A stretch of DNA of 64,000 nt from positions 30,462 to 94,461 of IMG/VR virus record IMGVR_UViG_3300027763_000001; one strand, written 5' to 3'. Shown one piece after another: positions 44,641 to 54,576 of this stretch. Each line of letters starts with the position of its first letter. Position 1 is the stretch's first letter. Source of the DNA: a virus. A program made the translations under genes and the position numbers. The notes beneath the pieces were generated by a model. The model saw only the letters and a program-made list of their open reading frames with translations, did not search any database and was not told where the DNA came from.

Positions 44641-45060
44641 ATGCCCGCCCACCCCTGGGCGGACCGACCTCCTGATTTCCTGCTCAGCCGGACGCCCGCC
44701 AAGCGGTGCTTGCTGACCCCGTTTAGCTTGCAGGCCACCTGGTTCCTTCCCTCCCTGGATCCGGATCTCACTCTGCCCCGCATGGGGCCAGCGCTCTACC
44801 TGGGCCCAGCCGATGCCGGCGCCATGGTCCAGCTGCTGCAGGACTCTGGCTTTACGCTGCGGGCCTGGTCGCCATCGCTGGCGAGCGGGCCGCCACAGCC
44901 AGACGACTTCGTTCCGTCCCTGCCTACTCCCGCCAAGAAGAGCGTCCCGCTCTCCTGGCCATACGACCTCAGTCGCATGAGCGAGAGACAAAGCCTCGTT
45001 CTGCACTCGCTTTTGAACCTTCCGCCCGGTGGCGGTACCCACACGATTTTCCTCCGATGA
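44641..45060 (+). CDS. Hypothetical protein
   Basis: Tiles with neighbours. Confidence 0.45.
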   Translation: MPAHPWADRPPDFLLSRTPAKRCLLTPFSLQATWFLPSLDPDLTLPRMGPALYLGPADAGAMVQLLQDSGFTLRAWSPSLASGPPQPDDFVPSLPTPAKKSVPLSWPYDLSRMSERQSLVLHSLLNLPPGGGTHTIFLR

Positions 45061-45284
45061 ACGATTACGACCCCAGCACGATCCACCCTGAGACGGGATC
45101 CGCTCCGCCAGGCTGGTTCCTGGTCGCGGTCGAGGAAGACCTCTACCAACGTTTCAGGACCTATGTCACCAAGAACGACGTCCCTGACCTCCTGCTGACA
45201 AGGCGCTTGCTGAATAGCGCCTTGCGCGAGTTTCTTGACGCTCACGCTCCAATCGTATACCCAGTCTGCCCGCTGGAGGCGTGA
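45057..45284 (+). CDS. Hypothetical protein (possible ribbon-helix-helix)
   Basis: LVAVEEDLYQRF...LLNSALREFL. Confidence 0.5.
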   Translation: MNDYDPSTIHPETGSAPPGWFLVAVEEDLYQRFRTYVTKNDVPDLLLTRRLLNSALREFLDAHAPIVYPVCPLEA

Positions 45285-45287
45285 GCT

Positions 45288-45596
45288 ATGGATCGCTACT
45301 ACCGGGACGCTTTCGAGGCGCTGAAAGCCCTTGTCGCCAATTCCAAATGCCCTGATTTTACTCTTGAGCGCCTAGTTACCAAACTCGCCCCACTCCCCGA
45401 GGCTCTCGACCTGGCCGCCAAGCACGGCGCCTGGTCTGAGCACCCGCCACTCGAGTCGGGCCGCAGCATCAGCGCCGAAGACTGGGCCTGCGAGGTCGGC
45501 GCCGGCAACACACGCCTCGGCTACTGGGACTGGGTCTGCGGCCAGCTGGAGGTGGACCAGGAGGAGTCCGAGTCAGAGCAGGCAGAGGCCGGCTGA
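45288..45596 (+). CDS. Conserved phage hypothetical protein
   Basis: EDWACEVGAGNTRLGYWDWV motif. Confidence 0.6.
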   Translation: MDRYYRDAFEALKALVANSKCPDFTLERLVTKLAPLPEALDLAAKHGAWSEHPPLESGRSISAEDWACEVGAGNTRLGYWDWVCGQLEVDQEESESEQAEAG

Positions 45597-45636
45597 TTAG
45601 CGAGCAATTGCTCTGTGCATTTTTTCAGATCCCCTA

Positions 45637-46257
45637 ATGCAACCACAGCTTTCTGACGCTCCGGCAGCGATTGTGCCCGAGCCCGAGTCCCTGATCGCGC
45701 CACCCCAGGCGCGCTTTGGGATCACCACTCGCCCTGCTCCACCTGAGACCATCCGCATCGGGGTTACCAGCACCGGTGAGTGGTATGTCTATGGCTCCGA
45801 CGCCGCAGCCAAGGACCGCACACCGGTCGAGGCCTTGGCCACTCCCCGCATCCTCGACATCACCGTGGCCAGCCGCGGCATGGGATCCAGGTTCGGGCTC
45901 AGGCCCTACCTGGACGTCACCATGGCCGGCCCGGTGCCAGCCATCCGCTACGTGCTTTCACTGCCGTGCGGCCACCGGCCCACGCCCCACGCCGTCCGCA
46001 GCCTCCTGGGCTGCCTGCTCACCCTCGACTTGTCTGACACGGGGGTGATGCTGGTGCCAACCCGCGGTACCAGCGCAGCTTTCGTGAACGTTTATCTCGA
46101 TCCAGAAGGACAAAAGCAGGTCCGCGCTGAGCGCATCGGCCCGGACGAGTGCGATCTGCAACAGGCAGTTGACACCTGCCGCGGCAGGCTGGGGCTCCCG
46201 CCGCAGTTCGCACTGACCGGCGCGGCTGTTCAATCCTCCCTCGATCTAACCCCATGA
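45637..46257 (+). CDS. Hypothetical protein
   Basis: 206 aa. Confidence 0.6.
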   Translation: MQPQLSDAPAAIVPEPESLIAPPQARFGITTRPAPPETIRIGVTSTGEWYVYGSDAAAKDRTPVEALATPRILDITVASRGMGSRFGLRPYLDVTMAGPVPAIRYVLSLPCGHRPTPHAVRSLLGCLLTLDLSDTGVMLVPTRGTSAAFVNVYLDPEGQKQVRAERIGPDECDLQQAVDTCRGRLGLPPQFALTGAAVQSSLDLTP

Positions 46258-46850
46258 GCGACACGCCCAGCGACCAAGTCCCTGATTCGGTCAGCACCGA
46301 AGCCCTCTTCGCCGCTCTCGGCAGGGGCTTCCCCGATCCCACTGCTCTCCAGACGTTCCACTTCGGTAACACTCAACAGCACGAGGGGCTCGACGACCTT
46401 GTCGTGCTGCTGACCTTGATCTTCTCTCGGAAAGATCCCCGCCCCGGCCCAAGCGTTGTTCAGGCAATTGGAGCCATCGCCTACATCTCCGATCTACTTG
46501 ACAGAAACATTCGTGAGGCCACCAGCGCCAGCCTTCAGGCCCTAGAGCAGGACTTCGAGCGGGTCGTGGACAAGGACCCCAGCCAAGTTCGAGAATCTCG
46601 AATGGTTCTTGCTGCCATAAACGAGGACGCTCGTTCAACTTTTGCCACGCTCGACAAACTCCGCTCTGCCGCTTTCGAGCTTCAAGGCAAAGCCCGGCAA
46701 GGAGCAACCATTCTTGAAATAGTTCAAACCAGGGGCGATTCGCCCGACCCCTACAGGCGCCAGCGCTTTGTCTCTGATCAGTTCCTTGATTCAATAGGCA
46801 TCGACCGCGAAGCCTTCGACTCCTACTTCAAGAACCGCACTGGTTCTTGA
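46254..46850 (+). CDS. Hypothetical helical protein
   Basis: 198 aa, ATGA overlap. Confidence 0.6.
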   Translation: MSDTPSDQVPDSVSTEALFAALGRGFPDPTALQTFHFGNTQQHEGLDDLVVLLTLIFSRKDPRPGPSVVQAIGAIAYISDLLDRNIREATSASLQALEQDFERVVDKDPSQVRESRMVLAAINEDARSTFATLDKLRSAAFELQGKARQGATILEIVQTRGDSPDPYRRQRFVSDQFLDSIGIDREAFDSYFKNRTGS

Positions 46851-46893
46851 GCGGCGCTACTTCCCTGTTTCCCTCCTTATCCCCCTCAGCCCC

Positions 46894-47901
46894 ATGTCCT
46901 CTGAGTTCACTTCCGGAACATTCGCACAAGTCGGCGCCTGGCACGACGGCGGCAACATCATCACCGACGAGGCGCAGCTGAGTGCCGATTACTTCTTCAA
47001 TGACGCCAACGCCTTGTTTCCCGTTGAGCCACTTGAGCTGTGGGGCGGCAGCCCTTCCGCTCCACAGGACATGGTCCCCCTCAAAGGTAAGACCAAGGCC
47101 ATTTGGCGACCCGATAAAAAGCACGTCTTGGGCACCGTCAGCCCTGGCTACGAAGTTATCCCCAACTCCATGCTGCTGGACTTTGCCAAGCGCATCGAAT
47201 CTGAGGCCGCTATCGACGCGGTCGTTGTCCTGCGCGAGGGAGCCAAGGTCGCCTTCACCGCCAAGCTGCGAGATCTTGAAGGCGCTGTCGTTCCTGACGA
47301 CACCGTCAAGCGCTATGTCGTCGGCTACTTAGGCCATGACGGGAGTGTCGGCTTTGGCGGGATGTTTAGTAATACCCGCGTGGTTTGCAACAACACCCTC
47401 CAAGGCGCACTTCACCGCGACGGCCAGACCGGATCGGGCCAATTCTCGATCGCTCATAATGCCTTCGAGATTGCTCAGATCGACAAGGTCTTGGAGCAAA
47501 TCGACTTTGCTCGCCAGTCCTTCCCTGAGACGATTTCGCTCTACCAGGCGATGCAGCAGACGGCAGTTGACGACCTGGGCTTCCGTAACTTCATCAACGC
47601 CGCCTACCAACCCAAGCCCGTCGAGACCGCCAGCGGCGGAGTTCGCTCTGGCGACGTCCTACGCGACATGCCCAGCAAGGCCGACGCCCTGATGGCTGCC
47701 TGGCAGCACGGCGTCGGCATGGACATTCCCGGCGTGGCTGGCACCGCCTGGGCCGCGTTCAACGCCGTGACTCAGGTCGAGGGGCGCATTCCGCCCCACG
47801 CTGCCAACAATAAGCGCCGCTTCCATAGCGCCTACTTCGGCGGCGGCCGGACCATCATTCGCCGCGCCGAGCAGGCCGCCCGAGCCCTGGCCGGGGCCTG
47901 A
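46894..47901 (+). CDS. DUF932-domain phage/plasmid protein
   Basis: LGTVSPGYEVIPN...GHDGS...RVVCNNTL...GTAWAAFNAVT. Confidence 0.85.
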   Translation: MSSEFTSGTFAQVGAWHDGGNIITDEAQLSADYFFNDANALFPVEPLELWGGSPSAPQDMVPLKGKTKAIWRPDKKHVLGTVSPGYEVIPNSMLLDFAKRIESEAAIDAVVVLREGAKVAFTAKLRDLEGAVVPDDTVKRYVVGYLGHDGSVGFGGMFSNTRVVCNNTLQGALHRDGQTGSGQFSIAHNAFEIAQIDKVLEQIDFARQSFPETISLYQAMQQTAVDDLGFRNFINAAYQPKPVETASGGVRSGDVLRDMPSKADALMAAWQHGVGMDIPGVAGTAWAAFNAVTQVEGRIPPHAANNKRRFHSAYFGGGRTIIRRAEQAARALAGA

Positions 47902-47926
47902 TTTCTAGCGCCTTGCCCACCCTCAC

Positions 47927-47950
47927 GGCCTCGCAATCGCGGGGCCTTTT
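47927..47950 (+). terminator. Intrinsic terminator
   Basis: GGCCTCGC-AATC-GCGGGGCC-TTTT. Confidence 0.6.
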
Positions 47951-47955
47951 CCCAT

Positions 47956-48114
47956 ATGTCCAGCTTCGATGACTTCCTGGACGACCAGGACCTCCGGCGC
48001 GAGCGCCGCGAAGAACTCGATGACGACGATCTTGACGAAGCCGACGCTCAGGCCTGCTGGGCTCGCGACGTCCAGGCCGAAGTCGCGCGGCTGACCAACC
48101 GCCAGCCGCTCTGA
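47956..48114 (+). CDS. 52-aa acidic peptide
   Basis: MSSFDDFLDDQDLRRERREELDDDDLDEADAQACW...; TGATG coupling; absent from the ORF track. Confidence 0.6.
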   Translation: MSSFDDFLDDQDLRRERREELDDDDLDEADAQACWARDVQAEVARLTNRQPL

Positions 48115-48425
48115 TGTCCAACTATGCCTTCCAGTTGCACCTCGGCAATCAATGGCTCACCGTTGCCACAGGCTCCAAGGACTACTGCCTGGGCTACTTC
48201 CAAGCCAGACTTGCCTACTCCCCTCGGCTGGCTCAGCGAGTCCTCCATCGCCCCAATCAGGGGCCGTCCAAGGTGACCGTCGAGAGCCCAGCAGTGGAGG
48301 AGGTTCACATCGGTCAGATGGCCGGCTTCCCTTCTGCTGAGCAGTACGAAGCTGCAGCTGCCAAGGCGCTGGCCGCGGCTCAGCACATTCGATCGAGAAG
48401 CAGCGCCTCAGGCCCCGCTGGCTGA
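48114..48425 (+). CDS. Hypothetical protein
   Basis: 103 aa. Confidence 0.55.
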   Translation: MSNYAFQLHLGNQWLTVATGSKDYCLGYFQARLAYSPRLAQRVLHRPNQGPSKVTVESPAVEEVHIGQMAGFPSAEQYEAAAAKALAAAQHIRSRSSASGPAG

Positions 48426-48454
48426 CGCCCACCTTCGACAAAGAGAGCTGATCC

Positions 48455-48907
48455 ATGAGCGACACTGCCCCCAAGTCCTGGTATCACGACGACCAAGGCA
48501 AGCCCATCACTTTTAAGCAGACCAACGCCAACTTCCGCGCCACCATCACAGTCACGCACGAACAGTTCCAGAACCTCATTGATTGCGCCAGCCGTGGCTG
48601 CAAGACATGGGCCGACGAGCTAAAGATCAACAAGTTCGGTTTCCGCGTCCGCGAAGTTCGTGGCCATGGCAAGGACGAGTACACCTATCACTGGTGCTCC
48701 ATCACCCCGCGCAAGCTGGCCGCCATCATCGCCCGGGTCTCTGGCGGCGAAAGCTTCGAGCACCTCAACTCCAGCTCCGCCGCTAAGATCCGTGACCTGT
48801 GGCTTAACCCGCCGCTCGGCGTCGACCACTTGAATCGCTACATCGACGACGATATGGCCAACAACTTGGTTCAGCTCGTTTGCTTTGGAAAGCTGGTCTA
48901 CGACTGA
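48455..48907 (+). CDS. Conserved phage hypothetical protein
   Basis: Ends IDDDMANNLVQLVCFGKLVYD, a common phage C-terminal motif. Confidence 0.65.
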   Translation: MSDTAPKSWYHDDQGKPITFKQTNANFRATITVTHEQFQNLIDCASRGCKTWADELKINKFGFRVREVRGHGKDEYTYHWCSITPRKLAAIIARVSGGESFEHLNSSSAAKIRDLWLNPPLGVDHLNRYIDDDMANNLVQLVCFGKLVYD

Positions 48908-49149
48908 TGCCCATCTTCAAGGATCCCAAAGCCATCGCTCTCTGCGATCGAATCCGCCCGGTCCTTCCTGACCGCCCGCCCGGATGGATCTGCTGCCCTC
49001 ATCACACGCGCCGCCACATCCAGATCGGTCACAAAGCCTATGGGACCGATCCCGCGGTCACCGAACAGGTGGACGCCCTGGCTCACGCAATTGAGCGCCT
49101 TGATCTCACCCGCGGCCTCGGCTACGCCGTCGTCATCGTCAGCCGCTGA
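48907..49149 (+). CDS. Hypothetical protein
   Basis: TGATG coupling. Confidence 0.5.
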   Translation: MPIFKDPKAIALCDRIRPVLPDRPPGWICCPHHTRRHIQIGHKAYGTDPAVTEQVDALAHAIERLDLTRGLGYAVVIVSR

Positions 49150-49182
49150 AATTCTCATTCCACATTCCATCGCACGCAACCC

Positions 49183-50514
49183 ATGGCGAAATTCCAGCTC
49201 ACGATCTGTGCCGACTACGTCAAGGACTGGGGCCTCCACGAGGGGGTCCGCGAGGCCATTCAGAACGCCCTCGACGGCCAACAGGATGGCTGCCCCATGA
49301 CCGTCCGCCACAGCCCGTCTTCCGACTCGCTGATCATCGAGAACCAGGGCGCACGACTTGATCGCTCTGTCTGGCTGCTGGGCAACAGCAGCAAGAGCGC
49401 CGGCGCCCACCGCGGACTTTTCGGCGAGGGCCTGAAACTGGGCACCCTCGCCCTGGTTCGCGCCGGACACAGCGTCACCTTCATCAATGACGACGAAAAC
49501 TGGACCCCAGCCCTCACTGACTCCGAGGCCTTCCCCGGCCAGCAGGTGCTCACTATCAGCACCCGCGCCCGCAGCGCCACCGGCAAGTTCTCTGTCCTCA
49601 TCGGCGGCATCGATGCCGACCAGTGGGGCGAGATTCGCTCCAACTTCCTGGACCTCAACCCTGACTATGTCAAGGGAGAGGTCCGCAACAGTGTCGAGCG
49701 CCTGGAGCATCCCAGCTTCATCGAGAAGCTTTTCGTCAAGGGCATTGCTGTCGACTCTTGGCCAGGCCTGCAGTACGGCTACAACTTCACCAACGTCACC
49801 ACCGACCGCGACCGGCGGATGGTTTCCCAGTTCGCGGTCGAAGGCGCCCTAAGCAACTACTGGTCCTCTGCCACTCGCGACCCTGAAGAGTTGCCTCTGC
49901 TGGTCAAGCTGCTCAAGGCCAACGCCCGCGACGTCAAGGGCGTTCACAATTACATCTTCAATGTCGAGGGAGAGATCCTGCGCAAGGATTTCCTCGCCAC
50001 TTACGGCGAGAAGGCCTGGCCCGTTTCTTGCGACGCCGAGTATGACGACGTCACCCACTGGGGTCTCGTTCCGGTACTGGTCCCCGAGGCCTATCTTAAG
50101 GCTTTAGAGGCTGGCGGCATGACGATCGCGGCGGCGCGCGAAGCTCACCGCACGGCGGTTCTGACCACCATCCCCCTCGATGAGCTGCGCTCCGTCGAGC
50201 GCTCCATCTTTGACGAGGCCATGGAGCTGGTGGTCACCAGTGCGAGCCGCAAGGGGCTGCCCAGCCCCCGCCTGATCACTCGGGTGGTGCAGTTTTCTGA
50301 CCCCGCCACCATGGGCATGTACGTCAACGAAAACGGCAAGACCAGCATCCTGCTGGCTCGCTCGATCCTGACCAGTCTCGAGATGACTATCCAGACCCTG
50401 GTGCATGAGACCGCCCACTTCGTTGCCCGCGACGGCCACGTAATGCACGAGCGCACCGAAGGCGAGATCTTCTCGGACATGGTCTGCCGGCTGCTGCATT
50501 CGGCTGCACGCTGA
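49183..50514 (+). CDS. GHKL (HATPase_c-like) ATPase fused to HExxH metallopeptidase-like domain
   Basis: REAIQNALD, ENQG, GLFGEGLKLG; C-terminal TLVHETAH...H. Confidence 0.75.
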   Translation: MAKFQLTICADYVKDWGLHEGVREAIQNALDGQQDGCPMTVRHSPSSDSLIIENQGARLDRSVWLLGNSSKSAGAHRGLFGEGLKLGTLALVRAGHSVTFINDDENWTPALTDSEAFPGQQVLTISTRARSATGKFSVLIGGIDADQWGEIRSNFLDLNPDYVKGEVRNSVERLEHPSFIEKLFVKGIAVDSWPGLQYGYNFTNVTTDRDRRMVSQFAVEGALSNYWSSATRDPEELPLLVKLLKANARDVKGVHNYIFNVEGEILRKDFLATYGEKAWPVSCDAEYDDVTHWGLVPVLVPEAYLKALEAGGMTIAAAREAHRTAVLTTIPLDELRSVERSIFDEAMELVVTSASRKGLPSPRLITRVVQFSDPATMGMYVNENGKTSILLARSILTSLEMTIQTLVHETAHFVARDGHVMHERTEGEIFSDMVCRLLHSAAR

Positions 50515-50521
50515 GCCCCAC

Positions 50522-50716
50522 ATGGGACCCGACAACACGGGATTGTTCTGCGGCCAGCAGCGCAATCCCGCTCACATGGACGCAGTCGAGTTTCTTGTCT
50601 GGCTCGATACAGCCAGCGAAGACGAGATCCGGACCTTCGGGGATGGGACCTGGAAGCCCGACCTCTCTGCCTACTACAACGTCTTCGGCCGCGGGTTCTT
50701 TGATCCGCGGCTATGA
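50522..50716 (+). CDS. Hypothetical protein
   Basis: 64 aa. Confidence 0.45.
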   Translation: MGPDNTGLFCGQQRNPAHMDAVEFLVWLDTASEDEIRTFGDGTWKPDLSAYYNVFGRGFFDPRL

Positions 50717-50737
50717 CCCCACCCAAGAGGACATTAA

Positions 50738-51226
50738 GTGCCTGACACTTCTGACGACCTGATCACGATCCGCGAGGGAGACCTCGTCGAGTCCCTGACC
50801 ATGGCGATGCACGCCGAACACCTTGACGACGAGACCTGCAACAGCGTGATTGCAACGCTGCTTGATGCGATTACGAACAACGAGAGCATCATCCGCCACA
50901 CCGACGCCGAAGTCCTCCAGGAGATCGCCACGATCCTTTGGCCTCCGTCCGATCCCGACCGGCCGTGGAGTTCGGACACCCTCCAGACGGTGTCCGACTA
51001 TCTGCGACTCCTGCGGCCCGAGCTTGAGCCCTGGAGCTTCGGCTGCTTAGTCGATCACGACTGGGTGGAGAACGCGCTCGACTGCGCTGAGCGTCGCGCC
51101 GATGCGGCCTTGAGCGCCTATCTTTTTTCCAGCGACGGGAGTGAATGCGCCTATGAACCCGTGGAAGCCGCAGAGTCCATTGTCGACGCCCTGACCCGCC
51201 TTCTTGAGAGCGAATCTAATGACTGA
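50738..51226 (+). CDS. Acidic hypothetical protein
   Basis: 162 aa, D/E-rich. Confidence 0.55.
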   Translation: MPDTSDDLITIREGDLVESLTMAMHAEHLDDETCNSVIATLLDAITNNESIIRHTDAEVLQEIATILWPPSDPDRPWSSDTLQTVSDYLRLLRPELEPWSFGCLVDHDWVENALDCAERRADAALSAYLFSSDGSECAYEPVEAAESIVDALTRLLESESND

Positions 51227-51623
51227 GCCCACACCGGTCCAAGACGACCGCTATCTCGAAGCCGCTCGCGCCAAGTACATGGGCGATTCCGACATCGAGG
51301 TGGTCGATGTTAACGACACCGACGTCATTGACGGCGCCTGGGTCAATGCCCGGATCTTTGTGCGTGACGATGAGATCAATCCTCCCGCCCCGGGCCCGAC
51401 TTACGACGTCTGGATCGGGGAGCAGGCAGGGGTGTGGTCTCTCTCTGGCCGTCGCTGGGTCTGGTTCTATTACCAGTCCTTCACCTGCGACGACGACCCC
51501 GACGGCAAGGGCGCACGCCGCAGCGCACACGCTTACGCCCGCACCCTGCGCAACATTTTCTCCTGCTCCTTCGTGGCTGTCAGGCCCAGCGGCAAGGCTC
51601 CGCTGCCGATCAAGCACTCCTAA
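51219..51623 (+). CDS. Hypothetical protein
   Basis: GAWVNARIFV motif. Confidence 0.55.
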   Translation: MTEPTPVQDDRYLEAARAKYMGDSDIEVVDVNDTDVIDGAWVNARIFVRDDEINPPAPGPTYDVWIGEQAGVWSLSGRRWVWFYYQSFTCDDDPDGKGARRSAHAYARTLRNIFSCSFVAVRPSGKAPLPIKHS

Positions 51624-51634
51624 GCCGAATCCCC

Positions 51635-52003
51635 ATGCCTAACTATTACACCCCCGTCGAGAAACAACGCGCCTACCGCCGCGCAGCCATCGCTCTTCGC
51701 GCTCTGGCGGCCGAGCTTGGGATTCCTCCCAAGAGCTACGACATTCGCCACTGCTACGGAGGCCCTGGCGTCCCCGGTGAAGCTATTTTCCATGGCGACA
51801 CTCTCTATATCACTTTGCCGCTTTTCCCGTCATCCGAAAACACCCAGGCCCACAAGGGTTTCTTCCGCTCCTGCCAAGGGCGAAAGGACTACACGGGCGG
51901 CAGGAACATCTGGTTCGAGGGGAATCCTGCCCCTTGCGCGGAAGAGATTCGCCGCGCTGTTCCGCAAGCTGTTTCTGCCCCGGCGGCAGCCGGTGAATCT
52001 TAA
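51635..52003 (+). CDS. Conserved phage/plasmid hypothetical protein
   Basis: YDIR...GGPGVPGEAIFHGDTLYI...RSCQGRKDYTGGRN. Confidence 0.65.
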   Translation: MPNYYTPVEKQRAYRRAAIALRALAAELGIPPKSYDIRHCYGGPGVPGEAIFHGDTLYITLPLFPSSENTQAHKGFFRSCQGRKDYTGGRNIWFEGNPAPCAEEIRRAVPQAVSAPAAAGES

Positions 52004-52311
52004 TGTACAACCATTGGCGCACAGTCGAAGAGGTCGATGCCCAGGCGAAAGACTTGGGAGCGATCACTAAGGTTGTCAATCGTGTAAAGATACCAGACTG
52101 GAACTGCTCCGAAGGCCATCACTACAGGCTTCGACCTTGGCCTGACCACTACTTCAGCCAAGATAGACTGGAGATCGCCTACTGTATTCGTGATCTGCTA
52201 GTCGCAGGCCACGGTCTACACATCCTTTCGCAACCCCGAATCTGGGATGACTACTTCTTGTCCCTGGATACAAACATTTTCGTCAACCTGTCCCCTGCCC
52301 TGGCCATTTAA
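52003..52311 (+). CDS. Hypothetical protein
   Basis: TAATG coupling. Confidence 0.55.
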   Translation: MYNHWRTVEEVDAQAKDLGAITKVVNRVKIPDWNCSEGHHYRLRPWPDHYFSQDRLEIAYCIRDLLVAGHGLHILSQPRIWDDYFLSLDTNIFVNLSPALAI

Positions 52312-52319
52312 CCCGACCC

Positions 52320-52877
52320 ATGGACAATCCCATCTACCTGCAACGACGACTCAAGCTCGATCGCCCGACCCTGGACCACGACCTCATCGAGACTACCGAA
52401 GTGGCGGTTACCGTACTTGAGCGGCACCCCGAACTCAGTTTGATCACGGGCGTCGAGCTGATGCGCTACTGCTACCTCCAGGGTTGCCCCGAGAAGGGCA
52501 GACGGCTGCCGACCATCAACCCCTACAGTCAAGGCGAGAACAAGCGCGGCCACGTCAACAGCTATATCGTCGGGCCTAACTGGCTCAACGAATGGACCCA
52601 CATCGATCAGATGTGCGAGCCAGCTCGCAGCAAGGGGTACGCTCCCGAGCGGGAGTACGCCCGAAACATGGGCCACTCCATGGCCTACGACACTTGGAAG
52701 GATCCCGACGGCGGCCTCTGGTTCTGCAACGAAGCCACCGAGAGGGTGGCTTCGTTCTCCGCTGGACTTCCGGTCCGCCAGCACAGGACCATCGCCCAGC
52801 CGCCACCGGTGGGCTGGAAATTGTTCACTCGCCCCAACCAGCCATCGCCTACCGAGACGTTAACTCTGAAGGCCTGA
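52320..52877 (+). CDS. Hypothetical protein
   Basis: 185 aa. Confidence 0.55.
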   Translation: MDNPIYLQRRLKLDRPTLDHDLIETTEVAVTVLERHPELSLITGVELMRYCYLQGCPEKGRRLPTINPYSQGENKRGHVNSYIVGPNWLNEWTHIDQMCEPARSKGYAPEREYARNMGHSMAYDTWKDPDGGLWFCNEATERVASFSAGLPVRQHRTIAQPPPVGWKLFTRPNQPSPTETLTLKA

Positions 52878-53127
52878 CCTTTTCCGAATGGGTCCAGGCC
52901 GCCGGGCGCTTCAAACCCGATCCGATGGGCGGCAATGATCGCAACTTTGAAGCCGACTGCGCTCCGTATTCCCGCTCTTCTCCCAGCGGCACGCGCACGT
53001 TTTTCCCCAAAACCCTGCGCGACTCCTGGCGCAACGGGGAAGACCCATCCGAACACCGCGCCGCTGCCCCTGGGCGGCGCCTTGATTGATCGCCGCATCC
53101 ATCTCACCCACCCAGCACGATCCCGCC

Positions 53128-53325
53128 ATGAGCACCAACCCCACCGTCACCTGCCAAACCTGTCTTGCTACCCGCGACTGCACTCTGCATCCCCGGGCCA
53201 GCGTTCCGGTTGAGGCGGCCAAACGTTGGCTGAAGGCCAACTGCGCAGGCCGCAAGACCATAGGAACCGAGTGCAAGTTCACCTATCAATGCGGCTTCGC
53301 GCTCCCCTCGCCTCCCCGCCAGTAG
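53128..53325 (+). CDS. Cys-rich small protein
   Basis: CQTC...C...C. Confidence 0.5.
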   Translation: MSTNPTVTCQTCLATRDCTLHPRASVPVEAAKRWLKANCAGRKTIGTECKFTYQCGFALPSPPRQ

Positions 53326-53350
53326 GCTTGCGGCCCAGATCTGATCCCCT

Positions 53351-53381
53351 CCCCCGCCCTGTACGCCAGGCGCGGGGTTTT
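53351..53381 (+). terminator. Intrinsic terminator
   Basis: CCCCGC-CCTG-TACGC-CAGG-C-GCGGGG-TTTT. Confidence 0.5.
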
Positions 53382-53404
53382 CTAGTGCCCCACATGCCCG
53401 CTTC

Positions 53405-54205
53405 ATGAACTTCTGGCGCTTGCAGCCCTTCATCACGGCCGCGCCATCGGACCAGCTGGTGCGATTTACTCATGGCAATTCCAAATTGCCGAACTCGACC
53501 ATGATCCTGTCCCTGCCCGCCGGCCACACCTGCCCCGGCGCCAAGGACTGCCTCACCCGCGTCCCTCGCGACGGCGGTTCTGCCTGGACCTCGCCGGGCT
53601 TGAACTTCGCTTGCTATGCCGCGTCCCAGGAGCGTTATCGCTCAACCGTGCGGAACCTCCGCTGGCGCAACTTCGACCTGCTGGCTCCACTCAACAGCTA
53701 CGACATCACGGCCAACCTGGCCACGGCTTTCTTCCAGCAGCGCCGCTCCTTCACTGAGCGAGTCAGATTCTTCGAGAGCGGCGACGCCTTCAAGCCTGAG
53801 CTGGCCTCCGCCATCACCACATTCGCTTGGGCGATCGAGCCCATGGTTGTCTACCTCTATTCCAAGGCCCTGCCCTTCTGGGTCAGCCAGGACATTCCCG
53901 CCAACCTCCGCATCACCGCCAGCTGGGGCGGCCGCTTTGACCACCTGATCACCGACCACTTCCCAAGAAGCGCGCGAGTGGTGCAAACTGAAGCAGAAGC
54001 GTGCAGCCTGGGTCTTCCTCTGGACTTTGACGACAGCTACGCCTACCAGGACGAGTCCGCCCACTTCGCTCACCTGGTGCACGGGTGGCAGCCCAAGGGC
54101 TCAGGCGCCGCCAGCGCCATCAACGCCCGCCGGGCCGCCGGAGAGTTCACTGGCTACGGCGCTTCCAATTCCAATCCCCATCGATCCCTCACCCCCTCAT
54201 GCTGA
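53405..54205 (+). CDS. Gp88-family protein (radical-SAM-like fold)
   Basis: GNSKL...SLPAGHTCPGAKDC...CYA...RFFESGD...YLYSK. Confidence 0.75.
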   Translation: MNFWRLQPFITAAPSDQLVRFTHGNSKLPNSTMILSLPAGHTCPGAKDCLTRVPRDGGSAWTSPGLNFACYAASQERYRSTVRNLRWRNFDLLAPLNSYDITANLATAFFQQRRSFTERVRFFESGDAFKPELASAITTFAWAIEPMVVYLYSKALPFWVSQDIPANLRITASWGGRFDHLITDHFPRSARVVQTEAEACSLGLPLDFDDSYAYQDESAHFAHLVHGWQPKGSGAASAINARRAAGEFTGYGASNSNPHRSLTPSC

Positions 54206-54576
54206 AGACCGAGATCTCTTCCAAGATTCCCCTGCTCCTGGGCCTTTCTGCGCCCCCCATCAAGGACCAGGTCGAGAGCCAGGGGCTCACCCTGCTCAAT
54301 CACGAACTCTGGGAGCGTCGCCACACCGCCATGAACCTGCTGAACATTGGCGGCTTCCTGACCGCGATTGAAGTCGAGCGCATCGCTCAGCGCTTGATGA
54401 CAGGTATCTGCCAGGACGCCTACTTCGAGGAGCTCGTCCGCGAAGTAGAGGCGGAGGCCGCGGCCGAAGCCGTCCCCGCCGCTCCCGCCCCGCCCGCGCC
54501 CCACCAGAAGCCGAGTGTCAGGGAGCTTGATGCTTACCTCGCCGACGAGGGGCATCTCCCAGAGCAGGGGCAATGA
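54199..54576 (+). CDS. Hypothetical protein
   Basis: ATG at 54199. Confidence 0.55.
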   Translation: MLKTEISSKIPLLLGLSAPPIKDQVESQGLTLLNHELWERRHTAMNLLNIGGFLTAIEVERIAQRLMTGICQDAYFEELVREVEAEAAAEAVPAAPAPPAPHQKPSVRELDAYLADEGHLPEQGQ

